DNA from: an uncultured delta proteobacterium
Lineage (GTDB): Bacteria > Myxococcota_A > UBA9160 > SMWR01
Reading direction: 5' to 3'
NCBI GenBank assembly: GCA_963832165.1
Contig: CAWHTE010000004.1
Span: 128,001-192,000 of the forward strand
Length of the DNA stretch: 64,000 bases
The notes beneath the pieces are model-generated. The model searched no databases. It was not told the DNA's origin and saw only the letters and a list, made by a program, of their open reading frames with translations. Positions within the stretch are counted from its first letter, which is position 1, and each line of letters starts with the position of its first letter. Positions 28,832 through 40,605 of this stretch are shown here, piece after piece. The translations under genes and the position numbers were made by a program.

Positions 28832-29743
28832 TCAGCGAGCGCGTGCGATCGCGAACAGGCGGTTCTCGAGGCCGGTGAGTCGCGCCGCGGCGAACAGCGT
28901 TTCGAGCACGAGCCGCTCGGCGAGCGAGAGAGAGAGCCGGCGCAGCTCGGTGAGCTCCCGATCGAGGTGGACGAGATCGAGCGAGGCGCGCCCGAGCGCG
29001 TCGCGCAGCGTGTGCGGGCTGAAGTAGAGGAAGTGCTGCTCGATGTAGAACTTCTCGAGCGGTCGCGTGAGGCGGCCGCCCGATACGCGGTAGAGCAGGC
29101 CCGCGACCACGTCGAGGATGCTGCGCTGGTTCGGGGTGGAGATCCCGATCACGCCTCCGGGTGCGAGCACGTCGCGCGCGGCCGCGAGCAGATCGACCGG
29201 CGCTCGCGAGTGCTCGATGATGTCCCACATCGTGATGGCATCGAAGCGCAGTCCCTTCTCCGCCGCGAAATCGGTGAACTGACCGTCCCACACCTCGAGC
29301 CCGAAGTGGTCGCGCGCATGGGCGGTCGCGGCGCCGCAGTCGTCGACGCCGTAGGGCTGCCAGCCGCGCCGGCGTGCAACGGCGAGGAACAGGCCCGTGC
29401 CGCACCCGATGTCGAGCAGGCGCCCTGGCGGCCGCTCGCGCTCGACCGCGTCGAGCCAGCGCTCGTAGAGGCGGACCAGTGGGTTGTCCGGTGTATCGGT
29501 GTAGGTGAAGTCGTAGTAGGTCGCGAGCTCGGGCACCGAGCCTTCGCCCTCGGTGTACAGACGGTCGAACAGCTCGCGTACCTCGTCGTCGCTGATCTGC
29601 GGCCAGAGATACACGAGCGTGCACCGCGCACAATCGTAGATGCGGAAGCGCGTGATCACGTAGCGGAGCCGGCTCGCGGGCTCGCCGCACACCGGACAGC
29701 GCGCGTCGCGGTCCGGAACGCTCACGACGGTCGCGACCGCCAT
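28832..29743 (-). CDS. Class I SAM-dependent methyltransferase with N-terminal Zn-ribbon
   Basis: CPVCG...CARC, LLDIGCGTG, MWDIIEH, STPN. Confidence 0.88.
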   Translation of the reverse strand: MAVATVVSVPDRDARCPVCGEPASRLRYVITRFRIYDCARCTLVYLWPQISDDEVRELFDRLYTEGEGSVPELATYYDFTYTDTPDNPLVRLYERWLDAVERERPPGRLLDIGCGTGLFLAVARRRGWQPYGVDDCGAATAHARDHFGLEVWDGQFTDFAAEKGLRFDAITMWDIIEHSRAPVDLLAAARDVLAPGGVIGISTPNQRSILDVVAGLLYRVSGGRLTRPLEKFYIEQHFLYFSPHTLRDALGRASLDLVHLDRELTELRRLSLSLAERLVLETLFAAARLTGLENRLFAIARAR

Positions 29744-30517
29744 CAGCGTGCTCCCCGGCACACCGCGAGCCAGTCGAGGCTCGTCGCGTCGTCGGCGCGC
29801 TCGATCGGGAAGTCGCGCCAGCTGGCGTTCGGGGTGCCCTCGGCGCGCGCACCCGCGCGGCGCACGAAGCGCGCGCCCTGCGCGAACAACCACTCGACCC
29901 ACGCGCGCGGCAGGCGATCGCGCAGCCGAAGCGGGTCGAGCCGCATCACGCGGCGGATCCGGCCGAGAGCGGGCCGCGAGATGACTGCGCACGGGCTCGC
30001 TCATTCCCACACCGAGCACCTCCACCTCCGCGAAATGGCGCGCGAGCACGTCGCGCAGCTCCGCGCAGAGATACTCGCGCACGTGATAGGGGTTTACTCC
30101 GTCCGACAGCCGTCGATTCGGAGTCGACAGGAGCGCGGTGCCGCCGTCGCGGAGCAGTTCGCCGATCGCGCGCAGGTACGGAGCCGGATCGGTCAGATGC
30201 TCGATCACCTGAAAGCTCACGACCGCGTCGAAGCGCCGCGCTCGCAGCGGCAGGGCCGCGATGTCGGCGCGGCAGTAGGACGCGCCCCCCACGCGGCTAC
30301 TCGGGTCCGGTGCCACGCGGTCGATCCCGAGCACGCGCGAGGCCGCGCTCGCGAGCAGCGCGGTGCCCGCGCCGCTGCCGCAGCCGAGGTCGAGCACGCG
30401 TGCGCCCGTGACCCGCTCGCGGGCAAACTCGTACGCCGCGCGGTGGCGGGCGAGGTCGAGCCCGAACAGCGAGAGATCCTCGTGGAGGCGCTCGCCCGTG
30501 AAGCGGGTCTCGCTCAC
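29743..30517 (-). CDS. Class I SAM-dependent methyltransferase; frameshift near 29960
   Basis: FTGER, VLDLGCGSG, SFQVIEH, LSTPN, NPYHVREY; C-terminus continues in ORF 29743..29949. Confidence 0.8.
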
Positions 30518-31452
30518 GTCTCTGCGATCCGCGCATCTTTGAGCGCCTCGCGCGTGAGCTCGCGCGCGAAGCAGATTCCCATCGCCGCGCGCAGCGTGAT
30601 GATCCCGAACGAGAGCACGAGGCTCATCGCGAGCAGCCGCTCGGCCGGTGCGACGTCGGCGAACAGATACACGAACGCGGCCTGGCTCGTGCCGAGTCCC
30701 GCGACCGCGATCGGCAGCGCGGCCACGAGCGCCACGAGCATGATCCCTCCGATCAGACGCGCGGGCGGCGCAGGAATCTCGAACGCCGCGAACGCGGAGG
30801 CGCAGCCCGCCACGAAGCAGGCGGAGAACAACACGCGCAGCGTGAGCAGCTCGACGAGCCGCGCGAGCGGAACGCGGCGCAGGCTCTCGAAGATCGAGAG
30901 CGCGCGCACGGGCTCGAGCACGCCCAACGGGGCGCTCGAGCGCAGCAGCGCGAGGCCGCCCGCGAAGGCCACGATCAGGAACGCGATGAGCCCCGTGCGC
31001 ATGCCGCGCGCGTCGACGCCGAGCACCGCGGCCGACCCGCTGGCCGCGGCGAGCACGACGATCAGATCGCTCGACGAGATCAACAGCACGAGCCCGAGCG
31101 CCTCGCCGAGCGGGAGACCCGTGCGCCGGCGCAGGAGCACCGCGAGCCCGCCGACGCCGAGCGTGTAGTGCACGAGGCCGGGCAGGTAGCTCGCGCACTT
31201 GATCCGGGCGGCCTCCCAGAGGCCGAAGCTCGCGGGCGGGCTCGCCACGAGCCGGTGGATCGACAGCGCCTCGATCCACAGCGTCACCGCGCAGAACGCG
31301 ACCAGTGAAGGGAAGAACACCGTGACCACGCGCAGGTTCAGCGCGTCCGCGAGCGAGGGGAGGTGGACGCCGCGCAGCAGCCACACCAGCACCCCCAGGC
31401 TCACCGCGATCGGGAGCAGCTGCGGCAGCCTGGCCCGCCATCTCGACATCAT
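30514..31452 (-). CDS. Flippase-like membrane protein (lysylphosphatidylglycerol synthase TM / UPF0104-like)
   Basis: Multiple TM helices; [16 protein letters not shown]; glycosyltransferase context. Confidence 0.75.
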   Translation of the reverse strand: MMSRWRARLPQLLPIAVSLGVLVWLLRGVHLPSLADALNLRVVTVFFPSLVAFCAVTLWIEALSIHRLVASPPASFGLWEAARIKCASYLPGLVHYTLGVGGLAVLLRRRTGLPLGEALGLVLLISSSDLIVVLAAASGSAAVLGVDARGMRTGLIAFLIVAFAGGLALLRSSAPLGVLEPVRALSIFESLRRVPLARLVELLTLRVLFSACFVAGCASAFAAFEIPAPPARLIGGIMLVALVAALPIAVAGLGTSQAAFVYLFADVAPAERLLAMSLVLSFGIITLRAAMGICFARELTREALKDARIAET

Positions 31453-31485
31453 CGACGCGGAACGTACAAGCGCGGCGCGAGGGAA

Positions 31486-32595
31486 TCACGCACTCGACGC
31501 GGCGATCCGGGCCAGCGAGCGCCCCATCTCCGCTGCAGCGATGTCCCAGTCGAAGCGCTGCGACCACGCGAGCGCCGCACACGACATTCGCTCGGCGAGC
31601 GCGTCGTCCCCCAGCAGCGAGTCGATGCGCTGGGCGAATGCCGCTGCGCCGCCCTCGGCGACCAGGAAGCCCGTCTCGCCGTGCCGGACGGTGTCGCGCA
31701 GCCCGGGCGCATCGCTCGTGACGTTGGGCGTGCCGACCGCATTGGCCTCGATCACGGTGAGCCCGAAGCCCTCTTTGCGCGAGGCGCATACGCATACCCG
31801 CGATTCCGCGAGCCACGCGTCCCGCTCCGCGTCGGAGACGAAGCCCGCGAACTCGACCCGCTCGCGGACACCAAGCGTGGCCGCGAGGTGCTGGAGCCGG
31901 GGGCGAGCCGAGCCGCGGCCGAGCAGCACGAGCTTGACGTCGGGCCGGCGCATCGCGACGTAGGCGATCGCCTCCATCACGAGCTCGATGCGCTTGTAGG
32001 GCTCGAGCCGGCCTACGTAGACGACGAGCGGTTTGCGCTGCGCGATCGGCACGAACGGCGCCTCGGGGCGCCGGATGCCCGGAGGCTGCACCTCGATCTG
32101 CTCGCTCGCGATGCCGCGCGCGACGAGGTCGTCGCGCGTGCTGTCGGAGATCGCGACGATCGGCGCGCTGCGATAGGCGAGCGGGATCGCGCGCTCGACG
32201 GCCACGACGGCCGCCGCCACGGGCCACGAGACCTGGCGAAACGCGGTGCCGCCGAACAGGTGGTGACACAGGCCGAGCACGGGGCGCGCGGCATAGAGCG
32301 GGGCGAGGAACGGCATCTTGTTGAGACACTCGACCACCACGTCGAATTCGCCGCTGCGGGTCGCTCGAGCGCAGCGCAGGGCCGCGCGCGGGTAATAGGT
32401 GGGCACGGGGCCCATCCGCTCGAATCGGATCGCGTCGATCTCGTCGTGGGCCGTGGAGCCCGGGAACGAAGAGACGTACTCCGTCACCGAGTGTCCGAGC
32501 GCGGCGAGTCGCCTGAACACTTCGTGCACGTGCGTCTCGGCACCGCCGGATCGGGGGTGGCGCGGGTCGCGCTCGTTGAGGATGAGAATCCGCAC
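31486..32595 (-). CDS. Glycosyltransferase family 4
   Basis: [30 protein letters not shown]. Confidence 0.93.
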   Translation of the reverse strand: MRILILNERDPRHPRSGGAETHVHEVFRRLAALGHSVTEYVSSFPGSTAHDEIDAIRFERMGPVPTYYPRAALRCARATRSGEFDVVVECLNKMPFLAPLYAARPVLGLCHHLFGGTAFRQVSWPVAAAVVAVERAIPLAYRSAPIVAISDSTRDDLVARGIASEQIEVQPPGIRRPEAPFVPIAQRKPLVVYVGRLEPYKRIELVMEAIAYVAMRRPDVKLVLLGRGSARPRLQHLAATLGVRERVEFAGFVSDAERDAWLAESRVCVCASRKEGFGLTVIEANAVGTPNVTSDAPGLRDTVRHGETGFLVAEGGAAAFAQRIDSLLGDDALAERMSCAALAWSQRFDWDIAAAEMGRSLARIAASSA

Positions 32596-32607
32596 CCGGC
32601 CTCGTGG

Positions 32608-33324
32608 CTAGAGAAGACCTGCCGCGTCCGCGACGCGCAGGCGCAGCGCCACCCAGACCGCCTCGAAGCCGATCTGCCAGGTGAGCTTCGAGGTGCCGCG
32701 GCGCCGGTCGACGAAGAAGAAAGGGATCTCCTTCACCTGGGCGCCCGCGCGCGCGAGCCGGTAGTTGAGCTCGATCTGGAACGAATAACCGTTCGCGCGC
32801 ACCTGTTCGATTCCAATCCGCTCGAGCAGCTCGCGGCGCATGCAGCGGAAACCGCTCGTGGTGTCGGTGACCGCGAGCCCCGTCACCCGCTTCACGTAGG
32901 CGTTGCCGAAATAGCTGATCAGGATCCGCTCGATCGGCCAGTTCACGACCGTGATGCCCTCGAGATAGCGCGATCCGCTCACCACCTCGTGGCGCTCGAT
33001 CTCCTGGAGCATGGTCGGGACCATCGCGGGCGGGTGCGAGAAATCGGCGTCCATCTGCATCACGCACTCCGCCCCGAGCTCGAGCGCGCGCGCGATGCCC
33101 GCGCGATAGGCGGGCCCGAGGCCCTGCTTGTGCGGGCGGTGCAGCACGTGGACGCGCGGGCTCGCGAGCGCGAGGTCGTCGGCGCACTTGCCGGTTCCAT
33201 CCGGCGAGTCGTCGTCGACCACCAACACCTCGATGCGATCGTCCTGCGCCAGCAACTCGGGAACGAGCAGGGGCAGGTTCTCCGCCTCGTTGTAGGTGGG
33301 AATCACGGCGATGCAGCGCGACAA
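32608..33324 (-). CDS. Polyprenol-monophosphomannose synthase-like GT2
   Basis: [43 protein letters not shown] start with CAGGAG RBS. Confidence 0.9.
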   Translation of the reverse strand: MSRCIAVIPTYNEAENLPLLVPELLAQDDRIEVLVVDDDSPDGTGKCADDLALASPRVHVLHRPHKQGLGPAYRAGIARALELGAECVMQMDADFSHPPAMVPTMLQEIERHEVVSGSRYLEGITVVNWPIERILISYFGNAYVKRVTGLAVTDTTSGFRCMRRELLERIGIEQVRANGYSFQIELNYRLARAGAQVKEIPFFFVDRRRGTSKLTWQIGFEAVWVALRLRVADAAGLL

Positions 33325-33460
33325 AACGGGCTCCTGAACCGGAGTTTGGCGTTCGGGCCGCGTGTGCGTCAACGCGGCGCGCGGCCGCGCCGGGCGGCTG
33401 GAAATTCCGGGTCCGCTCTCCTAGCTTCCCGCGCGCCCCGAGGCCGGGGCACGCCGAAAA

Positions 33461-33542
33461 CAAGGTTTGCGCAGCGAGCGCAAGCTTCGCGCAGCGAGCC
33501 GCAGGCGAGCGAAGCTCATCGGGTCGGGCGAGCGAAGCCCAT
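33461..33542 (+). repeat. Short palindromic repeat family, copy 1 (partly tandem)
   Basis: CAAGCTTCGCGCAGCGAGCCGCAGGCGAGCGAAGCTCAT...GGCGAGCGAAGCCCAT, closely similar to 46044-46104 and to 47581-47645 (minus). Confidence 0.8.
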
Positions 33543-33585
33543 TCAGCCAGGCCTCTTGCGGCCCATCCCCGGAGACCCGACATCC

Positions 33586-35619
33586 ATGTTCCAGATCGTC
33601 CTTTCTCTGATCGCCGCGATCGCCGCCATCGCCGTGGGCGTGGGGCTCTACCGGCGCGTGATCGCCGCCCCGACCAGCACCGAGCGCGCGAACGAAATCG
33701 CCGCGGCGATCCGCAGCGGCGCGGAGGCGTTCCTGTCGCGCCAGTATCGAACGGTCGCCAAGGTCGGGGTGCCGATCTTCCTGATCGTGTTGGTGTTCCT
33801 GGGCAAGTGGTACGCGTTCGGATTCCTGGTCGGCGCGCTCGCGAGCGCGGCCGCGGGCTTCATCGGGATGAACGTCTCCGTGCGCGCGAACGTGCGCGTC
33901 GCCGAAGCGGCCAAGACCGGCTTCGGCCGCGCGTTCCAGCTCGCGTTCCAGGGCGGCACGGTGACGGGACTCATGGTGGTAGGAGCCGGGCTCCTCTCGC
34001 TCGCGCTGCTCGTGCTGTGTATGCAGCTGGCCCGCCAGACCGATCCCGATGCACTGGTCGGCCTCGCATTCGGCGGGTCGCTGATCTCGGTGTTCGCGCG
34101 ACTCGGCGGCGGGATCTTCACCAAGGGCGCCGATGTCGGTGCCGACCTCGTGGGCAAGGTCGAGGCGGGCATCCCCGAGGACGATCCGCGCAACCCCGCG
34201 GTGATCGCGGACAACGTGGGCGACAACGTCGGCGATTGCGCCGGAATGGCCGCGGACCTGTTCGAGACCTACGGCGTCACCGCGGCGGCCGCGATGCTGC
34301 TCGCGCACATCATCTTCGCGGGCAGCGAGAGCATGTTCCTGTATCCGATGCTCGTCGGCGTCGCCGGCATCGCGGGCACGCTGCTCGCGCTCGGCTTCGT
34401 CACGATCGACGAGCCGGCTCCGGGCGAGGAGCCGGCCGTGATGAGCGCGATGTACAAGGGCCTCGCGATCGCGACGGGCGTGATGGTGGTGCTCGTCGCG
34501 GTGTTCAATCTCTTCGTCTCGTTCCCGGCCGCAGATGCCAACAACCACGCCGTGGGCGGCTTCCGGTTGCTCCTGTGCGCGGTCGTCGGCGGCGCGGTCA
34601 CCGCGGCGATGATGTGGATCACCGACGTCTACACGGGCTCGGGCTCGCGCTTCGTCGAGCGGATCGCGCGCGCGAGCGAGGGCGGTCACGGCACCAACGT
34701 GATCAGCGGGCTCGCGGTCGGCATGCAGGCGACCGCCGTCCCGGTGGTGGTGATCGTGCTCGCGATCATGGTTAGTTTCAGCCTCGCGGGTCTGTTCGGC
34801 GTCGCGATCGCCGCGATGTCGATGCTCTCGCTCGCGGGGATCGTGGTGTCGATCGACGCCTACGGCCCGATCACCGACAACGCGGGCGGCATCGCCGAGA
34901 TGGCGGAGCTCGGGGACGAGGTACGCCGCGTCACCGATCCGCTCGACGCGTTCGGCAACACCACGAAGGCGGTGACGAAGGGCTATGCGATCGCCTCGGC
35001 CGGGATCGCCGCCGTGGTGCTGTTCGCAACCTATCTGGAAGACCTCCGCGCAGCCGGCAACGCGGTGTCCTTCGGGGTGGGCGAGCCGCTCGTGCTCGCG
35101 GGCCTGTTCATCGGCGCGATGATCCCGTTCGTGTTCGCTTCCTTCGCGATGGATGCAGTAGGCCAGGCAGGGACGGCCGTGGTCGAGGAGGTGCGGCGTC
35201 AGTTCCGCGAGATCCCCGGCATCATGGAGGGCGTCGGCAAGCCCGACTATCGCACCTGCGTCGACATCGTCACGAAGGCCGCGCTGCGCCTCATGATCGC
35301 ACCCGCGCTGATCCCGGCCGCGATCCCGATCGTGGTCGGGCTCATGTTCGGCCCGCGCGCACTCGGCGGACTCTTGATCGGCTCGATCGTATCGGGTGTG
35401 TGCGTGGCGCTTTCGATGACCACGGGTGGCGCGGCCTGGGACAACGCCAAGAAGTACATCGAGTCGGGTCAGATGGGCGGAAAGGGCTCGGACGCGCACA
35501 AGGCTGCGGTGACGGGCGATACCGTGGGCGATCCGTACAAGGACACGGCAGGTCCCGCGATCAACCCGATGCTCAAGCTCGTGAACGTGGTCGCGCTGCT
35601 GATGGTCCCGTTCCTGTAG
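33586..35619 (+). CDS. hppA: Membrane H+-translocating pyrophosphatase (probably K+-independent)
   Basis: [44 protein letters not shown] (Lys signature), [11 protein letters not shown]. Confidence 0.95.
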   Translation: MFQIVLSLIAAIAAIAVGVGLYRRVIAAPTSTERANEIAAAIRSGAEAFLSRQYRTVAKVGVPIFLIVLVFLGKWYAFGFLVGALASAAAGFIGMNVSVRANVRVAEAAKTGFGRAFQLAFQGGTVTGLMVVGAGLLSLALLVLCMQLARQTDPDALVGLAFGGSLISVFARLGGGIFTKGADVGADLVGKVEAGIPEDDPRNPAVIADNVGDNVGDCAGMAADLFETYGVTAAAAMLLAHIIFAGSESMFLYPMLVGVAGIAGTLLALGFVTIDEPAPGEEPAVMSAMYKGLAIATGVMVVLVAVFNLFVSFPAADANNHAVGGFRLLLCAVVGGAVTAAMMWITDVYTGSGSRFVERIARASEGGHGTNVISGLAVGMQATAVPVVVIVLAIMVSFSLAGLFGVAIAAMSMLSLAGIVVSIDAYGPITDNAGGIAEMAELGDEVRRVTDPLDAFGNTTKAVTKGYAIASAGIAAVVLFATYLEDLRAAGNAVSFGVGEPLVLAGLFIGAMIPFVFASFAMDAVGQAGTAVVEEVRRQFREIPGIMEGVGKPDYRTCVDIVTKAALRLMIAPALIPAAIPIVVGLMFGPRALGGLLIGSIVSGVCVALSMTTGGAAWDNAKKYIESGQMGGKGSDAHKAAVTGDTVGDPYKDTAGPAINPMLKLVNVVALLMVPFL

Positions 35620-35649
35620 CCGCGAGGTGGGTCGCGCCGGCGAGTCCGC

Positions 35650-35699
35650 TCAGCGCTCGGCTTCGCCTCGCTGACCGTCGGCCGACTCTCGAGTCGGCC
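35650..35699. repeat. Variant repeat hairpin plus CCGACT...AGTCGG hairpin downstream of hppA
   Basis: TCAGCGCTCGGCTTCGCCTCGCTGA shares the CAGCGAG..GAAG..GAGCG core on the minus strand; GGCCGACTCTCGAGTCGGCC palindrome at 35680-35699. Confidence 0.55.
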
Positions 35700-35756
35700 T
35701 CCTAGCTGGCGTTGGAAATTTCCAATAATCTTGCGGGATTAGGAGATTTCCGCGCG

Positions 35757-36962
35757 ATGAGCGACGGCGTCCACCATCACTTCGACAAGCTCAAGCGCCT
35801 CCCGCCCTACATCCTGGCCGAGGTGATCGATCTGATGAAGTCGGCGCGCCGCGCGGGCGACGACATCATCGATCTCGGCATGGGCAACCCGGACCTGCCG
35901 ACGCCGTCCCACATCGTCGAGAAGATCGCCGAGGCGTCGCGCAACCCGCGCAACCACCGCTATTCCGCGTCGCGCGGCATCCCGAATCTGCGCGCGGCGT
36001 GCAGCGAGTGGTACCAGCGCAACCACGGCGTCGAGATCGATCCCAACAGCGAAGCCATCGCGGTGATCGGCGCGAAGGAGGGGCTCTCGCACTTCGTGCT
36101 CATGACGATCGGCCCCGGCGACGTCGTGTTGTGCCCCGACCCCGCGTATCCGATCCACCAGTACTCGGTGATCATCGCGGGCGGCGACCTGCGCCACGTG
36201 CCGCTCACGCCCGACACGGACCTGATCGCGAACCTCGAGGTGGCGATCTCGCGCACGTGGCCGAAGCCGAAGATGCTCATCATCTCGTTCCCGCACAATC
36301 CGACCACGACCGTAGTCGACCGCGGATTCTTCGAGCGCATCATCGCGTTCGCGAAGGAGCACGACCTCATGGTGCTCCACGACTTCGCCTACGCCGAGGT
36401 CTGCTACGACGGCTACAAGCCGCCGAGCATCCTCGAGGTGCCGGGCGCGAAGGACGTGGCGATCGAGTTCCTCTCGCTCTCGAAGAGCCACTCGATGGCG
36501 GGCTGGCGCGTGGGCTTCGCCGCGGGCAACCGCGAGATGGTGCACGCGCTCGCGCGCATCAAGAGCTACCTCGATTACGGCATGCCGCAGGCGATCCAGA
36601 TCGGTGGGATCGTGGCGCTGCGCGGACCGCAGGACGTCGTGGCCGAGAACTGCGCGATCTACCGCGAGCGCCGCGACGCGCTGATCGACGGCCTGGGACA
36701 TCCCGGCGAGGGCGCATGGAAGATCGAGAAGCCGCTCGGGACGATGTTCGTGTGGGCGCAGATTCCCGAGCCATTCCGCGCACTCGGATCGATGGAGTTC
36801 TCGAAACGCTTGATCCGTGAGGCGAAGGTGGCCGTGTCGCCCGGGCTCGGCTTCGGCCAGAACGGCGAGGGCTACGTGCGCTTCGCACTCGTGGAGAACA
36901 AGCACCGCATCCGGCAGGCGGTGCGCGGCATCCGGCGGTTCCTGCGCGAGTCGGGCGCGTAG
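35757..36962 (+). CDS. Class I/II aminotransferase (AlaC / LL-DAP aminotransferase-like)
   Basis: [38 protein letters not shown]; precedes hom-thrC. Confidence 0.9.
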   Translation: MSDGVHHHFDKLKRLPPYILAEVIDLMKSARRAGDDIIDLGMGNPDLPTPSHIVEKIAEASRNPRNHRYSASRGIPNLRAACSEWYQRNHGVEIDPNSEAIAVIGAKEGLSHFVLMTIGPGDVVLCPDPAYPIHQYSVIIAGGDLRHVPLTPDTDLIANLEVAISRTWPKPKMLIISFPHNPTTTVVDRGFFERIIAFAKEHDLMVLHDFAYAEVCYDGYKPPSILEVPGAKDVAIEFLSLSKSHSMAGWRVGFAAGNREMVHALARIKSYLDYGMPQAIQIGGIVALRGPQDVVAENCAIYRERRDALIDGLGHPGEGAWKIEKPLGTMFVWAQIPEPFRALGSMEFSKRLIREAKVAVSPGLGFGQNGEGYVRFALVENKHRIRQAVRGIRRFLRESGA

Positions 36963-36972
36963 GAAGGCTGAC

Positions 36973-38307
36973 GTGGGGGAGCGGGGCGTCGGAGTCGGTC
37001 TGATCGGGCTTGGAACGATCGGCATCGGAGTTGCGAAGGTGCTGAGCCGCAACGGCGCGGTGATCGAGCAGCGGCTGGGCTTTCCGCTGCGGCTGGTTCG
37101 CGTCGCGGAGCTCGACCTCGCGCGCGCGAACGGGGTCGACCTGGGCTCTGCGCGCGTCGATGGCGATGCCGAGGGGCTGATCGCGGATCCCGACGTCGCG
37201 ATCGTGGTCGAGCTGATCGGCGGCTACGACGTGGCGCGGCGGCTGATCCTGCGCGCGATCGAGGCCGGCAAGCACGTCGTCACCGCGAACAAGGCGCTGC
37301 TCGCGCTGCACGGGTCCGAGATCTTCGGCGCCGCGGCGCGCCGCGGCGTCGACGTGGGGTTCGAGGCGAGCGTGGCGGGCGGCATCCCGCTCTTGCGCTC
37401 GATCCGCGAGGGGCTCGTCGCCAATCGCATCGAGAGCGTGCACGGAATCGTGAACGGCACCACCAACTACGTGCTCACGCAGATGGAGCGAACGGGCGAG
37501 CCGCAGGAAGCGGTGGTGAAGCGCGCCCAGGGCCTGGGTTACGCGGAGGCCGATCCGAGCTTCGACCTCGACGGCATCGACGCGGCGCACAAGCTCACGC
37601 TGCTCGTGGCGATGGCATTCGGCGCCGAGCTCACGTTCAAGGAGATCCCGACCGAGGGCATCCGCGGGATCGAGCCGGTCGACTTCGAGGCGGCTGAGGA
37701 GTTCGGCTACCGGATCAAGCTGCTCGCGATCGCCAAGAGCCGTATGGATGGCGCGCAAGAGCGCATCGAAGCGCGAGTCCAGCCGACGCTGATCCCGCGC
37801 GAGAGCCTGCTCGCGAGCGTGGACGGCGCGATGAACGCGGTGGCCGTGACCGGCGACGCGGTCGGGCCGACGCTCTTCTACGGCGCGGGCGCGGGCGAGC
37901 TTCCCACCGCGAGCGCAGTGGTCGCCGACCTCGTGGAGATCGCGCGCGAGATCCGGCGCGGGGGAGGGGGCGCACAGCGCGTGGCGCCGCTGTCCTATCT
38001 GCCCGAGGAGCTGCGCCGGCTGCCGCTCGTTCCGCTTGGCGAGCTCGAGGGCCGCGCCTACCTGCGCTTCACCGCACTCGACCGGCCCGGCGTGCTCGGC
38101 CACATTGCGGGTGGGCTCGGCGAACACGGGATCGGGATCGAGTCGGTGATCCAGAAGGGCAGGGGCGGCCACGACGACAGCGTGCCGGTGCTCGTGCTCA
38201 CCCATCCCGCGCGCGAGGATGCCTTGCGCGCGGCGCTCGAGCGCATCGACACGCTGCCCGACGTGACCGCGCCGACGCGCCTGGTCCGGATCGAGGAGAG
38301 ATTGTGA
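36973..38307 (+). CDS. hom: Homoserine dehydrogenase with C-terminal ACT domain
   Basis: [45 protein letters not shown]. Confidence 0.95.
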   Translation: MGERGVGVGLIGLGTIGIGVAKVLSRNGAVIEQRLGFPLRLVRVAELDLARANGVDLGSARVDGDAEGLIADPDVAIVVELIGGYDVARRLILRAIEAGKHVVTANKALLALHGSEIFGAAARRGVDVGFEASVAGGIPLLRSIREGLVANRIESVHGIVNGTTNYVLTQMERTGEPQEAVVKRAQGLGYAEADPSFDLDGIDAAHKLTLLVAMAFGAELTFKEIPTEGIRGIEPVDFEAAEEFGYRIKLLAIAKSRMDGAQERIEARVQPTLIPRESLLASVDGAMNAVAVTGDAVGPTLFYGAGAGELPTASAVVADLVEIAREIRRGGGGAQRVAPLSYLPEELRRLPLVPLGELEGRAYLRFTALDRPGVLGHIAGGLGEHGIGIESVIQKGRGGHDDSVPVLVLTHPAREDALRAALERIDTLPDVTAPTRLVRIEERL

Positions 38308-39659
38308 TGGCCGCCTCGAAGCCCGCGCATCGCGCCTGGTTCCGCAGCATCGCGGATCACGACGAGGTGTATCCGCTCGACGAAGTCGTATACACCGCGC
38401 GCGACGGATCGCTGCTCGAAGTCGCGCACGACATGCAAGAGCTCGCCAAGACGCCCGCTGCGGAGTGGAAGCGGCTGTTCCGCGACCGCGCGCACTCGAG
38501 CACCTGGCCGTACGGATCGGGCGTATGGGGGAAGAAGGAGTGGGTGCTGCCCAACGTCGACAACGAGAACGTCGTGTCGATGTACGAGGGCCACACGAAC
38601 CTGTTCTGGGCCGAGCGCTACGGCCGTCAGCTCGGCCTCGACGAGCTCTGGATCAAGCAGTGCGGGAACTCGCACACGGGCTCGTTCAAGGACCTCGGGA
38701 TGACCGTGCTCGTGTCGATGGTCAAGGACATGATCCATCGCGGCCGCGAGATCCCCGCGGTCGCGTGCGCGTCGACGGGCGACACGTCGGCGGCGCTCGC
38801 GGCCTACGCGGCGGCGGCGGAGATCCCTGCGATCGTCTTCCTGCCGCGCGGCAAGGTGTCGGTGGCGCAGCTGATCCAGCCGGTCGCGAACGGCGCGATC
38901 GTGTTCGCGCTCGACACCGATTTCGACGGCTGCATGGAGATCGTGAAGGAGATCTCCGCCCGCGACGGCATCTACCTCGCCAATTCGATGAACAGCCTGC
39001 GCATCGAGGGCCAGAAGACCGTCGGGATCGAGATCATCGAACAATTCGACTGGGAGGTGCCCGACTGGATGGTGATCCCGGGCGGCAACCTCGGAAACGT
39101 GTCGGCGCTCGCGAAGGGACTCGACATGCTGGTCGAGCTGGGACTGATCGACCGCACGCCGAGGATCGTCTGCGCGCAGGCCGAGGCCGCCAACCCGCTC
39201 TACCTGTCCTATCAGCGCAACTTCGAGGTTTTCGAGCCGATCGCGGCGCGCCCGACGCTCGCCAGCGCGATCCAGATCGGCAACCCGGTCTCGATCGAGA
39301 AGGCGATCGACGCGCTCCAGCGCTACGGCGGGATCGTCGAGCAGGCGAGCGAAGAGGAGATCGCGGAGTCGTGTGCGCGCGCCGATCGCACGGGGCTGTT
39401 CAACTGTCCGCACACGGGCGTGGCGCTCGCCGCGACCGAGAAGCTCGTGGCGCGTGGCGTGATCCGGAAGAGCGATCGCGTGGTGGCGATCTCGACCGCG
39501 CACGGGCTCAAGTTCGTCGACTTCAAGGTGAAGTACCACGAGATGACGCTCGACGGGATCGTCTCGCAGCGGCCGAATCCGCCGATCGAGCTGCCGGCCG
39601 ACTACGACGTGGTGCGCGACCGCATGCACCGCGAGATCGAGCGCCGGTTCGGGAAGTAG
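38304..39659 (+). CDS. thrC: Threonine synthase
   Basis: [34 protein letters not shown]. Confidence 0.95.
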   Translation: MMAASKPAHRAWFRSIADHDEVYPLDEVVYTARDGSLLEVAHDMQELAKTPAAEWKRLFRDRAHSSTWPYGSGVWGKKEWVLPNVDNENVVSMYEGHTNLFWAERYGRQLGLDELWIKQCGNSHTGSFKDLGMTVLVSMVKDMIHRGREIPAVACASTGDTSAALAAYAAAAEIPAIVFLPRGKVSVAQLIQPVANGAIVFALDTDFDGCMEIVKEISARDGIYLANSMNSLRIEGQKTVGIEIIEQFDWEVPDWMVIPGGNLGNVSALAKGLDMLVELGLIDRTPRIVCAQAEAANPLYLSYQRNFEVFEPIAARPTLASAIQIGNPVSIEKAIDALQRYGGIVEQASEEEIAESCARADRTGLFNCPHTGVALAATEKLVARGVIRKSDRVVAISTAHGLKFVDFKVKYHEMTLDGIVSQRPNPPIELPADYDVVRDRMHREIERRFGK

Positions 39660-39663
39660 CCGT

Positions 39664-40260
39664 TTGTTCACGGGGATCATCGAAGCGGTGGGCACCGTCG
39701 CGGCGCTCGAGCCGCGGGGATCGCAGGTGCAGGTGGTGGTCGAGGCGCCGTCGATCGCGTCAGGCGTGCGCGTCGGGGACAGCATCGCCGTGAACGGCGC
39801 CTGCCTGACCGTCACGAAGATCGCGGGCGCGCTCCTCCACTTCGACGCGGTGCGCGAGACGCTCGAGTGCACTTCACTCGGCGACCAGCGCGTGGGCGCG
39901 CGCGTGAACGTGGAGCGCGCGATGCGCGCGGACGGCCGGCTCGATGGTCACATCGTGCAGGGACACGTCGACGGCACCGGCCGCGTGGACGCGCTCGCGC
40001 ACGACGGCGACGACGTGCGCTTCCACGTGCGCTGCGACGCCGAGATCGCGCGCTACCTGGTCCCGAAGGGCTCGATCGCGATCGACGGGGTGTCGCTGAC
40101 GGTGGTCGGCGTCACGGACACCGGCTTCGACGTCGCGCTGATTCCGCACACGCTCGCGGAGACGAATCTCGGCGACCGCCGCCCCGGTGACCGCGTGAAT
40201 CTCGAGGCCGACGTGCTCGGGAAGTACGTGGTGCGCTACCTCGAGCGCACGCGTCCTTAG
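39664..40260 (+). CDS. ribE: Riboflavin synthase (alpha chain)
   Basis: MFTGIIE, SIAVNGACLT, GHIVQGHVD, KGSIAIDGVSLT, VNLEAD. Confidence 0.96.
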   Translation: MFTGIIEAVGTVAALEPRGSQVQVVVEAPSIASGVRVGDSIAVNGACLTVTKIAGALLHFDAVRETLECTSLGDQRVGARVNVERAMRADGRLDGHIVQGHVDGTGRVDALAHDGDDVRFHVRCDAEIARYLVPKGSIAIDGVSLTVVGVTDTGFDVALIPHTLAETNLGDRRPGDRVNLEADVLGKYVVRYLERTRP

Positions 40261-40271
40261 CCGTCTGAAAT

Positions 40272-40556
40272 GCTTACCCTGACCGGGCGGATGTTGTCGC
40301 TCCGGCCCGGGCTTCGGCAGTGGACCCGGAGCCGCGCGGCGTTCCAGCTCCGACCCGACGGGCTCGCTCGCAGCGCCCGCTTGCGACTGCCGCGTCATTG
40401 AGAGGTTCACGCTTCCAGCGGCGATTCAGTCCGGAGCGGCTTGCTGCGGCGAAGTAAAGCGCAGCCGGCCACGGGCCCGTGCAGGCTCGGTGACACTTTG
40501 GAGCGTGAGCGGTCGCCGGCCCGGCGAAAGTCGACGTCCGCCCAGGCCTGGCGAGC
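40272..40556 (+). ncRNA. Candidate structured RNA of unknown family
   Basis: 12-bp closing stem 40285-40296/40532-40543 and nested stems whose non-Watson-Crick pairs are G-U on the plus strand; fills the gap between convergent genes. Confidence 0.4.
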
Positions 40557-40605
40557 CATGAGCGCAGCAAGTTAACCACTCCCCGCGCTCGACTTCGAGT
40601 CGGGA

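Noticed and set aside
40261..40605. FMN riboswitch, SRP, RNase P or tmRNA next to ribE
   Set aside because: It lies downstream rather than upstream of ribE, and lacks GGUGAAAUUCC, GGAAGGAAGCAGC, GAGGAAAGUCC and tRNA-like ends
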